Source: an uncultured virus (IMG/VR IMGVR_UViG_3300032295_003754) (lineage: Duplodnaviria; Heunggongvirae; Uroviricota; Caudoviricetes). Taken from it: 20,000 nt of DNA. The stretch lies in IMG/VR virus record IMGVR_UViG_3300032295_003754. One strand, written 5' to 3'. This document shows, one piece after another, positions 8,182 through 17,457 of the stretch. The notes beneath the pieces are model-generated. The model saw only the letters and a program-made list of their open reading frames with translations, was not told where the DNA came from and did not search any database. The position numbers were made by a program, and so were the translations under genes. Every line of letters starts with the position of its first letter. Positions within the stretch are counted from its first letter, which is position 1.

Positions 8182-9018
8182 ATGTCAAAACCTCTTTTTA
8201 TGTGGGCTGGTGGTAAGAATAAAATGATTAAGAAATACTTACCCCATATGCCCGAATCTGTTAAGGAATACAGTGAGCCCTTCTTTGGTGGTGGAGCTAT
8301 GTATTTGTATGTTCAGAAAACTTATCAACCAGAAAAATGTTATATCTCTGATACGAATGAGGGTATTATTGAAATCTATCGTTCAATCAAAAATAATCCA
8401 GAAGAGTTTAAAAAATATCTAAGATACTTTGACTCTAAGTACATTCCTTTGGATATAGTTGAAAGGAAAAAACTTTACTTTAAAGTAAGACATGACCATG
8501 CATATAACTATACAAATTGGAATAAAGTCCAAGAAAGTGCCACACTTTACTTTCTGATGAAAACTGGATTCAACGGTATCTGGCAAATAAATAAAAATAC
8601 AAATGGTAGATTTGGAACACCTGCTGGACTTTTAAAACAAAAAGAAAGTTGTTTCAATTTTGATTTGATTGATGAATGGCACAAACTCCTCCAAAACACC
8701 GAAATCATTTGTGGTGATTGGAAAACCTGCCCAACCGGTGACTTTACTTTTATTGACCCACCTTATAGAGATTCGTTTACAACCTATGGAACTGGTTGGG
8801 GTGATAATGAATGTGACGAGTTAATGAGATTGGCTCAGAATATTGATGGTAAAGTATTCCTATGTAACCGTGATGATGGTAGTGATTTCTTTGAGAACAG
8901 ATTGGGTAAATATCAAATCCACAGATTCGATTATAAATACACTGCTGGTCGTAGGAAAAAGACTGCAACAGGATTCGAAGCTAAACCAGCGGTTGAGATA
9001 TTAATGTCCAAGGATTAA
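8182..9018 (+). CDS. dam: Dam-like (D12 class) N6-adenine DNA methyltransferase; target site unknown
   Basis: WAGGK, EPFFGGGA, FNG, DPPY; start moved to ATG 8182. Confidence 0.88.
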   Translation: MSKPLFMWAGGKNKMIKKYLPHMPESVKEYSEPFFGGGAMYLYVQKTYQPEKCYISDTNEGIIEIYRSIKNNPEEFKKYLRYFDSKYIPLDIVERKKLYFKVRHDHAYNYTNWNKVQESATLYFLMKTGFNGIWQINKNTNGRFGTPAGLLKQKESCFNFDLIDEWHKLLQNTEIICGDWKTCPTGDFTFIDPPYRDSFTTYGTGWGDNECDELMRLAQNIDGKVFLCNRDDGSDFFENRLGKYQIHRFDYKYTAGRRKKTATGFEAKPAVEILMSKD

Positions 9019-9482
9019 TCTGTCCACTCATAAGGTTCGTCACTCAAAGAATCAAAAAACTTTCTTAACCTTTCTTTGAATGAATTACCATATTCTCTTG
9101 GGAGTTTTTTATTAAACTCCAATTCGTACTTGAGTATCATTTCTTGTCTTATCTGAGGGTCCATATTTGGATTGACATCAGTTAATCTAAGACCATAAGA
9201 TTGCCTGACAAACCAAGAAGCGATATTGTTAAAACTCCTTTGACTTATCAATCTTAGAGGAACGTTTATAAGCCCATCACTAAAAAACTTTGGAATAGTA
9301 TCGTCACTAATTCTTATTTGTTGACAATAATCAGAAAATAAACAAAAGGCACCACTATCGCTTTCCTTAATCACTGTGATAGCTGTTCTTATCTTTGGTT
9401 CATATGTTTCATCACAGATTATTTTAAACTGTGAATAACTAACTAAGGGAAATAAAAACAATACAAATAAAAACTTTCTCAT
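9015..9482 (-). CDS. secreted hypothetical protein
   Basis: Signal peptide MRKFLFVLFLFPLVSYS|Q. Confidence 0.7.
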   Translation of the reverse strand: MRKFLFVLFLFPLVSYSQFKIICDETYEPKIRTAITVIKESDSGAFCLFSDYCQQIRISDDTIPKFFSDGLINVPLRLISQRSFNNIASWFVRQSYGLRLTDVNPNMDPQIRQEMILKYELEFNKKLPREYGNSFKERLRKFFDSLSDEPYEWTD

Positions 9483-9525
9483 AGTATTATTTATTATATT
9501 TTTTTTTATTTAAATGACATTTCGT

Positions 9526-9533
9526 TATATTTG
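9526..9533 (+). promoter_or_regulatory. Bacteroidota-type -7 promoter element TATATTTG
   Basis: 4 nt before ATG 9538. Confidence 0.6.
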
Positions 9534-9537
9534 TAAT

Positions 9538-9774
9538 ATGGAAAACGAACTGAACGATTACGGACTACTTGTATTCAAACACAAGACCAATAAAAATATC
9601 TTTCTACAAAGGTCATTCAAATGGATTGATAGAATCACCATGATTGACGAAGCAGAAGGAAGACAAATCATAGACACTTTTAAGTTCTCGGAATTTGATT
9701 TGAGCTCTTGGGAAGCTGTGACAAGAGAAGAATACTCAAAAGCTAAGAAATCCTTTAAGGAGATGTATAGTTGA
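9538..9774 (+). CDS. hypothetical protein
   Basis: ORF with start moved to the ATG after the promoter motif. Confidence 0.7.
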   Translation: MENELNDYGLLVFKHKTNKNIFLQRSFKWIDRITMIDEAEGRQIIDTFKFSEFDLSSWEAVTREEYSKAKKSFKEMYS

Positions 9775-9786
9775 TATATAATAACT

Positions 9787-10074
9787 ATGGTTACTTTACA
9801 AATTATATTCTTTACTATTCTGTATATGGTGCCCTCTGTTATTGCTTTTTTTAGAAAGAAACGAAACAGATGGGCTTTATTTTCCCTAAATACTTTCCCT
9901 TCTTTCGAGTTTCTTGTTGTTCAATTATTAAACTTTATAAACGAGGATTTGAATCTAAGTATAGACCTCGACACATTTGTAGATACTTTGATTTATTGTT
10001 GGTTGGTTAGTTTTATCTGGTCACTCTTGTGGGAGAACAAAGAGGAAAATTCAGATATTACATTTAATATATAA
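9787..10074 (+). CDS. superinfection immunity (T4 Imm-like) membrane protein
   Basis: LYMVPSVIAFFRKKRNRWALFSLN...WLVSFIWSL fits the Imm pattern Y..P.IIA..R...N...IF.LN...W...LIW. Confidence 0.6.
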   Translation: MVTLQIIFFTILYMVPSVIAFFRKKRNRWALFSLNTFPSFEFLVVQLLNFINEDLNLSIDLDTFVDTLIYCWLVSFIWSLLWENKEENSDITFNI

Positions 10075-10101
10075 AAAAAGTCAAAAAATAATAAATTTAT
10101 T

Positions 10102-10455
10102 ATGAAAAATAAAATTTCTAAATTCGAAGATTACCAGATTAACGAAGAGTTAGTTGTGAATCTGCAAGGTGGTGTGGGTTCAGAAGGGGGTATTGGTTCT
10201 GACCTAGTTGGTTCTATTATGAATAATATCGCCGCTTTCTTCGGACATGAAGGTTCTAAAGCAACCATCGTAGTTGATAATCTTGCTAAAAAAGGTTTAA
10301 TTCCTGATGACAATCAAACTAAAAAGATGTTTATTCTTCGCTTAGCTGAAAGGTTAGAAAAATTACCAGTGAAACAAGCAGTTCTTCAAACCGTTGAAGA
10401 GCTGAAGAAACGTGGATTTATCGAACCCAACGTGCCAATGGATCCAGAGGCATAA
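10102..10455 (+). CDS. hypothetical protein with KFE..INE leader
   Basis: MKNKISKFEDYQINEE; AATATATA at 10066-10073; followed by a terminator. Confidence 0.75.
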   Translation: MKNKISKFEDYQINEELVVNLQGGVGSEGGIGSDLVGSIMNNIAAFFGHEGSKATIVVDNLAKKGLIPDDNQTKKMFILRLAERLEKLPVKQAVLQTVEELKKRGFIEPNVPMDPEA

Positions 10456-10472
10456 ACCACTCTAAAGAAACC

Positions 10473-10500
10473 AAACCCATCCTAACCGATGGGTTTTTTT
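10473..10500 (+). terminator. intrinsic terminator
   Basis: aaacccatc-ctaacc-gatgggttttttt. Confidence 0.8.
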
Positions 10501-10538
10501 ATTTTTGGAAAATCCCACTTATAAATATATAAGTTATT

Positions 10539-11729
10539 ATGGGACCTTTTGAACGATTGAACGAGAATATTGAAAAACTACAAGATTTGAGTTTTAAAAC
10601 CGAACTTGATATTGAAAAATTTATGATGCCTGACGAGGAGGTTGCAAAAAATATTATCAAAATAACAACTCCTGAACTCACAGAGGACCAAGTAAATTTG
10701 ATGGTTGAATCACCAGCTAAACTTAAAGGTAAAATTGACAATTCTCTATCCGAAGAGGAAAAACAAAGAAGAAAAGAGCAAATCGACGCTAATCACCAAA
10801 TCTTCAAGAATAAGAAGAAAGAAATAAAAAAAAAGGCAAAGGAAAAGAAAAAGGAAATCAAAATTGCCTTTTATAATCTAGTCAGGGAGGTAAAAGCTTT
10901 GATTAAGAAAATGATAACATCCCTAATCCAGGCAGTGAGTTCCATAGCTGCTATTGCAGTAGTAATAGCCGCGCCACCTTGGAATATACCATTAGCAATA
11001 TCTTATTGTATGGCAATTGTTGATATTATTCTAACATTGTTATCCCAAATAAAAGCCATAATGCCTTTCACACCAGCTCTACAAGAGTTGAATCTTGTTT
11101 GTGTTCCTAAAAAACTTGCTACACTAGCAAACATAATAAATGCTTTTATATTATTGATACTTGGTATCCAAAACAAAGTAAATATTTTAGATGCCATAAT
11201 CTCGGCACTTTTAGCATTTATGATACCATTCTTAAGTGGTGGAAATGGTAAACAAAAAAACCTTAATAATAATAGTAAACGGTTAAGAGACCTTGGACAT
11301 TTTTCCGCATTAGATGGTAATAACGAAAAGAGGTTTAATGTAGATGGTCAAAGTATCAGAGCAAATGACCAAGAATCCGCAGAGGAGATAAAATCAATAT
11401 TGGATAGATTCAAAGTAGATTATAATTCACAGTCTTGTAGTGATTTCAAAGATCCTGCAATGAATGATGTAATGAACGGCACTTTGTTAAAACAACTACA
11501 AGATTCATTCACCAAATCAGATGATGATTTGATAAAAGAAACAGGTGTGGAATTCTATGAGGTGTATGATGTGAAATTGCCCGATGGTAGAATTTTAACT
11601 GAACAGACCAAAGATGATTTGAAACTTTTGGAACAAGTTTATACTCTTGTCTATGAGGGTATAAGTGACCTCACTGAAAAGGCTAAACAAATGGCCGAGG
11701 ACCAGGAAGCTGGTAATTATGACGAGTAA
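10539..11729 (+). CDS. hypothetical helical protein with a Lys-rich coiled coil and long hydrophobic segments (possibly virion/membrane)
   Basis: 396-aa ORF; AATATATA at 10524-10531. Confidence 0.75.
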   Translation: MGPFERLNENIEKLQDLSFKTELDIEKFMMPDEEVAKNIIKITTPELTEDQVNLMVESPAKLKGKIDNSLSEEEKQRRKEQIDANHQIFKNKKKEIKKKAKEKKKEIKIAFYNLVREVKALIKKMITSLIQAVSSIAAIAVVIAAPPWNIPLAISYCMAIVDIILTLLSQIKAIMPFTPALQELNLVCVPKKLATLANIINAFILLILGIQNKVNILDAIISALLAFMIPFLSGGNGKQKNLNNNSKRLRDLGHFSALDGNNEKRFNVDGQSIRANDQESAEEIKSILDRFKVDYNSQSCSDFKDPAMNDVMNGTLLKQLQDSFTKSDDDLIKETGVEFYEVYDVKLPDGRILTEQTKDDLKLLEQVYTLVYEGISDLTEKAKQMAEDQEAGNYDE

Positions 11730-11759
11730 CAACCACTTGGTTAAAAAAAAGAATATTTT

Positions 11760-11987
11760 ATGAGTTGGATTATTGACCCCAAAGATGAACACCCACTATG
11801 GAGAAACTATATGGATAAACTAAATACACTCCCTCAAAAAGAACAAGTAAAGTGGATGAAGGAAATAAAACTCCCAACCTCCTTTGCATTTCCAATAGGT
11901 AAACAACACGCCACTTTGAGTCAAGATGAATTTCTTGATAGATTAAAAAACGATTCAACCTTTAATGAAATGTGGGGGGAAATCTAA
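11760..11987 (+). CDS. hypothetical protein
   Basis: 75-aa ORF fitting the gap. Confidence 0.65.
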   Translation: MSWIIDPKDEHPLWRNYMDKLNTLPQKEQVKWMKEIKLPTSFAFPIGKQHATLSQDEFLDRLKNDSTFNEMWGEI

Positions 11988-11989
11988 TC

Positions 11990-12472
11990 CTACTTTACAT
12001 TAATACTAATCTTAATATCCTTTGGCGCGGTTTGATTCCCACCAAAAAATGGTTTCAAAATCAGTTTTATGGGAAATAAATCTGATTTCTTTCTAGAGAG
12101 TGTTAAATAAGTATCTTTGAAATAAAGATAAAAGTAATTCCTAGATATTATTATCCTAGCCCCATAAGTTAACCCGTACTGTAACTTTATGGAGTCACTC
12201 ACCAGTCTTATACCATCATCATAACAATATAAACAAACCTCATAGTGATTTTCATCAACTGCCCTCCAACATATCCTAGCAGATGATGTGTGATGATTCC
12301 AATCATTAGATAATCCAAACATCTTATTCCAATCCCATTTATCCTCACCTATTAATTCATAGTGTGATTCCTTTTCAATCTTGAATTGAAACTTGATACT
12401 CTTCCTAAATGTGAAAAGAGGAAAAGTAAACCAGTTTGAATAGTGTTTTCCTTTTTTAATTAAATAATCCAT
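11990..12472 (-). CDS. hypothetical beta-rich protein (possibly ConA/lectin-like fold)
   Basis: Aromatic alternating strands, DWNKMFG, SARICWR, PFFGGN..AP; AATATATA at 12479-12486 on the minus strand. Confidence 0.65.
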   Translation of the reverse strand: MDYLIKKGKHYSNWFTFPLFTFRKSIKFQFKIEKESHYELIGEDKWDWNKMFGLSNDWNHHTSSARICWRAVDENHYEVCLYCYDDGIRLVSDSIKLQYGLTYGARIIISRNYFYLYFKDTYLTLSRKKSDLFPIKLILKPFFGGNQTAPKDIKISINVK

Positions 12473-12484
12473 TGAACTTATATA

Positions 12485-13090
12485 TTATTTCCAAAACAAA
12501 ATCTCCCAAGCCAATTTCAACCTTGTGAGAAAACTAACTCGAACCTCCTTACGAGACTCAACCCACTGACATCTTTCTCTGATAACCTCCATCATTATAT
12601 TTTTAATCTCGGATTCTGTGAATGAGTCAATTTTCATATAACAACTATTATCACTAGGATTGTACTTGTTGAATCCAAGTAAATGTGCGATATTTAATTC
12701 TTTTCCTATAACACCATCAGGATGAGCACCCTCACCAGTACAAAAGGTAACATAACTCATGTCCTTATTGATTTTTCTACAAATAAATGGATTTTTATAC
12801 CACCTCTGAATCGCATTTCCAGCATCTTGCTGTTTCTTTGCCTCAAATGCACAAATCAAAACATCATCATAAAACCACACACCACCATCTGGCGCACACC
12901 CACCTATATGGCCGGGTATCTGGTCCTTTGTTAGTTTCAACTGAACCTTCAACTTGGGAAACTCCCTCTTCAAAGTTTCATAAACATCGTTTTTTACATC
13001 TTTACACTGTGTATCCAAAAGTCTCGCTCTAGCATCTGTTGCGACCATACCATTTTGAATACCTCCCATAAATCGTTTTGTGTTTTCCAT
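12485..13090 (-). CDS. EcoRI-like type II restriction endonuclease (PD-(D/E)xK)
   Basis: PDGG...EAKKQ...AGNAIQRWYKN parallels EcoRI PDGG...EAKHQ...AGNAIERSHKN. Confidence 0.75.
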   Translation of the reverse strand: MENTKRFMGGIQNGMVATDARARLLDTQCKDVKNDVYETLKREFPKLKVQLKLTKDQIPGHIGGCAPDGGVWFYDDVLICAFEAKKQQDAGNAIQRWYKNPFICRKINKDMSYVTFCTGEGAHPDGVIGKELNIAHLLGFNKYNPSDNSCYMKIDSFTESEIKNIMMEVIRERCQWVESRKEVRVSFLTRLKLAWEILFWK

Positions 13091-13098
13091 AAGTGATA

Positions 13099-13106
13099 CA
13101 AAAATA
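13099..13106 (-). promoter_or_regulatory. Bacteroidota-type -7 promoter element TATTTTTG
   Basis: 8 nt before the endonuclease ATG. Confidence 0.55.
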
Positions 13107-13153
13107 ATAAAAAAATTTAAAACTCCAAAATAATTATTAATAAAATAATCTAT

Positions 13154-13465
13154 ATGAAAACTTTATTTATCTCAACTTTTATTATTTTTCTATTAATGAG
13201 TTGTAATCAAAAGACTCAAGAAAAAAATTCTTATCTAAAACAAACCATACTAAATCAATCTATTATTAATGATGGTAGAACACTATTCGAAAACCAATGT
13301 TTTATGTGCCATAGAAAACCACAAACACTTGATTTAAATAAGTTAGATACAGTAACATTCTATCATAAAAAAGGTCTGAACTTTCCTCACCTATCAGAAC
13401 AAGATAAAACCAAAATCATTAGATACTTGAGAGTATTTGAAAAAGATACCTTAATATGGGAATAA
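13154..13465 (+). CDS. lipoprotein with c-type cytochrome CxxCH motif
   Basis: MKTLFISTFIIFLLMSC lipobox-like; GRTLFENQCFMCH; C-terminal LS..D...II.YL helix. Confidence 0.7.
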   Translation: MKTLFISTFIIFLLMSCNQKTQEKNSYLKQTILNQSIINDGRTLFENQCFMCHRKPQTLDLNKLDTVTFYHKKGLNFPHLSEQDKTKIIRYLRVFEKDTLIWE

Positions 13466-13466
13466 T

Positions 13467-13498
13467 TTTGGTTTCATAAACTATTATCATTACCTTTG
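13467..13498 (+). promoter_or_regulatory. Bacteroidota-type promoter, -33 TTTG and -7 TACCTTTG
   Basis: TTTG 13467-13470, 20-nt spacer, TACCTTTG 13491-13498, ATG at 13503. Confidence 0.7.
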
Positions 13499-13502
13499 TT
13501 AA

Positions 13503-13817
13503 ATGAAATCACTCCTAATATCCCTCTTCCTTATTTTTATTTCCAATCAAATAATTGCCCAAACCAATTATAATACAATACTCAACCAACCAAAAGATAC
13601 ATTAACCAAACCTATCAATCTAAATATTATTAAAGCAAAACGATTGAATAGTGCCGCACACCTTATGTTTGCAGCTTCTGTACTATCAAGTATTGTTATC
13701 TATAACACCAGTCCAACATCCGCTTTAATTTTCGCAATACCGGCAAGTTTAGCTATCGGTGGAATGGGACTACACATTCGCTCTGCACATTTTGAACCAA
13801 AGTCAGAAGAAGAATAA
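13503..13817 (+). CDS. hypothetical membrane protein with signal peptide
   Basis: Signal peptide ending IIA|Q plus two hydrophobic helices. Confidence 0.7.
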   Translation: MKSLLISLFLIFISNQIIAQTNYNTILNQPKDTLTKPINLNIIKAKRLNSAAHLMFAASVLSSIVIYNTSPTSALIFAIPASLAIGGMGLHIRSAHFEPKSEEE

Positions 13818-13827
13818 TTCAATCAGT

Positions 13828-14520
13828 TCACAGATTGAATAACTTTGTTTTGTAAGACTTATCATATTGTAATGAATACCCACTAGGATTATATCGTATA
13901 CTTGCAATGTGCTTACCCTTATCAAAGAAATAAAAGTTTTTAAGATTACTATCTCTAATCACTGGATATTTATCACATAACTCTAAAAACTTATCATAAT
14001 CTATTTCTTTAGACTCAGAATCTAATTCCCTTAAAGGTGATTTAAGCAAACTCATAGTCTTTTCATTCCCAATATATGGTGTGGTCTTTTCAGCCCACTC
14101 TTCAAACCCATCCCATCCATCAATAACATAATTTAAATAAACCATTGAAATGGATTTTGGAAATACTACAGGAACATTCACCTGCATAACAAAATAATCA
14201 TCATTGTAATAATTAATACGAAAATCAGGCTCCATTCCAACCTCAGTCTTATAATATAATGTAAGTGCATTAGGTATCCTCTGTGTAGTGCCATTAAATT
14301 TAATACCAGTAACCTCTGGTTTTAAATAACCATTTATAATCCTTGATATCCTTTCCTTATCACCTTCAGTTATTTCCTGTCTACCTTTTATATCTTGTAA
14401 ATCATCCATCATATAATCATACTCATCCTCATCTAAATCCATATAGGTTTTATTCTGTCTGTTGAATATATCCCATATTTCAGATTCGTTTATTTGATTA
14501 AATGGTTTAAGGTATTTCAT
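13828..14520 (-). CDS. hypothetical protein with MKYLK leader
   Basis: Start moved to ATG 14520: MKYLKPFNQINES. Confidence 0.75.
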   Translation of the reverse strand: MKYLKPFNQINESEIWDIFNRQNKTYMDLDEDEYDYMMDDLQDIKGRQEITEGDKERISRIINGYLKPEVTGIKFNGTTQRIPNALTLYYKTEVGMEPDFRINYYNDDYFVMQVNVPVVFPKSISMVYLNYVIDGWDGFEEWAEKTTPYIGNEKTMSLLKSPLRELDSESKEIDYDKFLELCDKYPVIRDSNLKNFYFFDKGKHIASIRYNPSGYSLQYDKSYKTKLFNL

Positions 14521-14533
14521 AGTATTATTTATA

Positions 14534-15574
14534 TTACATACAGTCAAAGGCAACTAATTCATCACCACGATAACCCATATTTTCACCATGTATATCTGTT
14601 ACCGGAATTCCATTTTTTATACCAGACTCATAGACCTTACACACACCTTTAACAAAACTATTAAAAGCTTCCTCTGAAATATTTTTTCCCCTAAATTCTT
14701 TCTTTAGTTCTATACCAATCCCAATTTCATCTTCACTATATTGGGGAATAATTTCCTCATCATCAAACATTACAAACTTATAAACATCTTTGATTGTTTT
14801 GTCACTTGGAGCATTGAAATCAATCGGTCCTTTTTGAAATGTTGATTTCGCTGGATTTCTTAAATATAATAATAAAACCTTCATTATACATTTCTCATCA
14901 TCATTTAAAGTCCTTGTTAACTTTTCTAAACAAACTATATAAGCCTTTTCCATCTTAACACTATTATCCTTTCTCTTCATATCAACAAACCTTTTGATAT
15001 TCTCTTCATCATTAAATTCCTTGAAATCACCGTGTCTCGATCTTATTTCCTCACCCTTCTTTAACTCTATCTCACCTTCAGCATTTAATTTACCAGCTAC
15101 CTTATCAGTGGGAAACTTCATGTTAACACCAGGTCTAGCTGGACCATATGTTCTACTCCAAACATTCGCCGGTGGTAAATCTACCTCCTTAACCCAATAA
15201 TATGAAGCAAAGTGAGGAACCCCACCACCCTTAGTTAAATCAATCATTTTTTTACTACCAGCAACCTCTGCCTTATTCTGTGTGAACTTTATAACCTTAT
15301 TCTCAGAGGATGTGTTCTTTTCACCATAGAAATTCTTTGAAAAAAAGTCATTAGGTAATTTCTGACCACCTTTCCAATCAAAAGCTAATCCAATACAACC
15401 AGCTCCCATATATTTAAGATTCTGATTAGGGAAATTCATTTGCATAAAGTTCCTTAACTGCAATATATCCCCACCAAAGGTTTGCTTAAAAGTGTTTTCT
15501 GTCTTTGGATCTAATTTACCAAAGTTGTAAATTAACTCCTCATTTATAAATTTATCAAAAGTTAGTATTCTCAT
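14534..15574 (-). CDS. protein-kinase-like fold protein with leader
   Basis: Start MRILTFDKFINEE; GAGCIG Gly loop, KVIKFT, CLEKL hinge, DIHGEN catalytic loop, LVAFD. Confidence 0.7.
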   Translation of the reverse strand: MRILTFDKFINEELIYNFGKLDPKTENTFKQTFGGDILQLRNFMQMNFPNQNLKYMGAGCIGLAFDWKGGQKLPNDFFSKNFYGEKNTSSENKVIKFTQNKAEVAGSKKMIDLTKGGGVPHFASYYWVKEVDLPPANVWSRTYGPARPGVNMKFPTDKVAGKLNAEGEIELKKGEEIRSRHGDFKEFNDEENIKRFVDMKRKDNSVKMEKAYIVCLEKLTRTLNDDEKCIMKVLLLYLRNPAKSTFQKGPIDFNAPSDKTIKDVYKFVMFDDEEIIPQYSEDEIGIGIELKKEFRGKNISEEAFNSFVKGVCKVYESGIKNGIPVTDIHGENMGYRGDELVAFDCM

Positions 15575-15590
15575 AGACATATATATTATT

Positions 15591-16133
15591 TTAACCGCCA
15601 AAACTTATTTTGATATACTCTTTAATAGCATAAACATTAGTTCCTATAATACCATACTCAGAATGATGAGCACCATCTGTCATTAACTCTAATATATCTT
15701 TTGATGATATCTCATCAGTAGTACCTTCATACCTAACTTTGAACCTATCCTCTAATTCATACTTATGTGTCTTTGGTTTAAATGGTGTATAAACATGAGT
15801 GTATTTATACTCAATGTTAATCTTAGTTTCATATATTTCTAACTCACCTAAGTCTAAATTACCACCTTCTAAATCATCCATAGTGGTAACTACAAATGAT
15901 GGAAAATCACATACAAATATTTTGCCTTTACTATTTATCTCCTTAATAAAGTTAACTATATCTAATAAGTGTTTTTCATTAAACTCTTTATAAGAATTGA
16001 AATCTATATCCTTTATTTCACACTCTATACCTTCTTTGTTGTATTCTTCGACAGTATCAAATATCTTATCCATACGGATTTCTATAAGTCTGTCTAGTTC
16101 ATTATAAGATTCAAATAGTTTTAAATGTCTCAC
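15591..16133 (-). CDS. hypothetical protein with (M)RHLKLFES leader (GTG start)
   Basis: GTG at 16133, 4 nt after AATATATA (16138-16145); this start removes the overlap with the upstream gene. Confidence 0.75.
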   Translation of the reverse strand: MRHLKLFESYNELDRLIEIRMDKIFDTVEEYNKEGIECEIKDIDFNSYKEFNEKHLLDIVNFIKEINSKGKIFVCDFPSFVVTTMDDLEGGNLDLGELEIYETKINIEYKYTHVYTPFKPKTHKYELEDRFKVRYEGTTDEISSKDILELMTDGAHHSEYGIIGTNVYAIKEYIKISFGG

Positions 16134-16143
16134 AAAGTATATA

Positions 16144-17457
16144 TTATTCCACACCCTCATAATCTTTCCTAATCTTATCAAATAACCTAACCAATAATCC
16201 AGATAAACACTCAAATCCATCACACTCACAATGTATGTATTCATCATCAGGGTCATCATAGTTCTTATACTGAACTTCATAGTAATCATCTTCCATTTTT
16301 AATACCCTCAAAACGTGTGTAGATTCACCCATTTCACCCATGGCTAATGTGAACTCAGTACTATCACTAAAGTTAGTTGAAATATAATCTTCGTTCAAGG
16401 TTTCAAGTAGTTTATTGATAAACATTTTCTCAGATTGATTGAAAGGTTCACGGTTGTTCATACGGATTCTTGATGAGCCGAAAATATAATCACCATTTTC
16501 ATCTAAAAGATTTCTTGGTTCTGGCACTTCATCAAAATATGATTCATTAGTTTTATTTTGACCAATCAATTCTCTATATCCTTGGAATATTTCTTTTAAA
16601 AACTTTTCCCAACATTCATAACCATCACAACGGTATGACTTTGTTCCACCATCACTATCGTTTCCTTCCCAAACATTCACATAGTAGAATTCATCATCAT
16701 TCTTATATGATGTGAGGCTTCTTATCACAGTCGTAGATCTAAGATCAGGATAAATTCCATCATGTCCATTCACCATACTAAAACTTAGCTGTGAATCTCC
16801 AATTTCTAGCGCATCTATTTTATGTTTCAGAGGTATCGTATCATTCAAAGAAATGAATAATTCCTTTTCTTCTTGATTGAAATCTATTTCTTCAGCATTG
16901 TTAACCTCATCATCCCATTCATTATCATCCATGAGTTCTGGTTCTGGTATTTCATTAAATGATTCTTTTAGTATCTTATGTGTCTGTTGGTCTATTTCAT
17001 AACACTTATCAACCATCCAATTTTTCCATAGTCTTGGATTTGATATAATCTGATCAAACTCTTCTATTTCCATTCTACCATAGATGGTTTGGTCTTGTGG
17101 ATATTTTTGGTAGTTCGTAAAATCCGTTCCAACATTTCTATAACCATATCCAGATTGAAAATAAACATAAGGTTCATCACCCTCAGTCTTCATAGTAGAA
17201 AACTTGGTATTGAATACCATTTTAGCATCCAAATAACTATATTTAAAATAAAACATTATATGTTGTTTTACCTTTGAATCATAGTTGATATTTATATCAG
17301 TCTTTCTCACATTCATAGTAAGTCCTATTGTGGTTTTACTACTAAACCTCATATGAATAGATTGTCTTGATAAACTTTCAAATTGTTCGCGTGTTAGTAT
17401 ATCTGGATTTATTTCCCTAGAGAAACCAAATGATTCAAATAACTTTAAATGTTTCAT
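16144..17457 (-). CDS. hypothetical three-module protein with MKHLKLFESF leader and two ~140-aa internal repeats
   Basis: Repeats begin ESFNEIPEP and ESYFDEVPEP and end CDGYEC and CDGFEC. Confidence 0.8.
   Translation of the reverse strand: MKHLKLFESFGFSREINPDILTREQFESLSRQSIHMRFSSKTTIGLTMNVRKTDININYDSKVKQHIMFYFKYSYLDAKMVFNTKFSTMKTEGDEPYVYFQSGYGYRNVGTDFTNYQKYPQDQTIYGRMEIEEFDQIISNPRLWKNWMVDKCYEIDQQTHKILKESFNEIPEPELMDDNEWDDEVNNAEEIDFNQEEKELFISLNDTIPLKHKIDALEIGDSQLSFSMVNGHDGIYPDLRSTTVIRSLTSYKNDDEFYYVNVWEGNDSDGGTKSYRCDGYECWEKFLKEIFQGYRELIGQNKTNESYFDEVPEPRNLLDENGDYIFGSSRIRMNNREPFNQSEKMFINKLLETLNEDYISTNFSDSTEFTLAMGEMGESTHVLRVLKMEDDYYEVQYKNYDDPDDEYIHCECDGFECLSGLLVRLFDKIRKDYEGVE

Noticed and set aside
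10800..10865. A-rich low-complexity stretch
   Set aside because: It encodes an in-frame Lys/Glu-rich coiled coil; not a DNA repeat element or frameshift.
15591..16289. Long N-terminal extensions in the ORF track (also 7515, 7835, 8143, 9514, 14553, 15601, 19053)
   Set aside because: They overlap upstream genes or promoter motifs; downstream starts fit the leader motif, signal peptides or promoter spacing.
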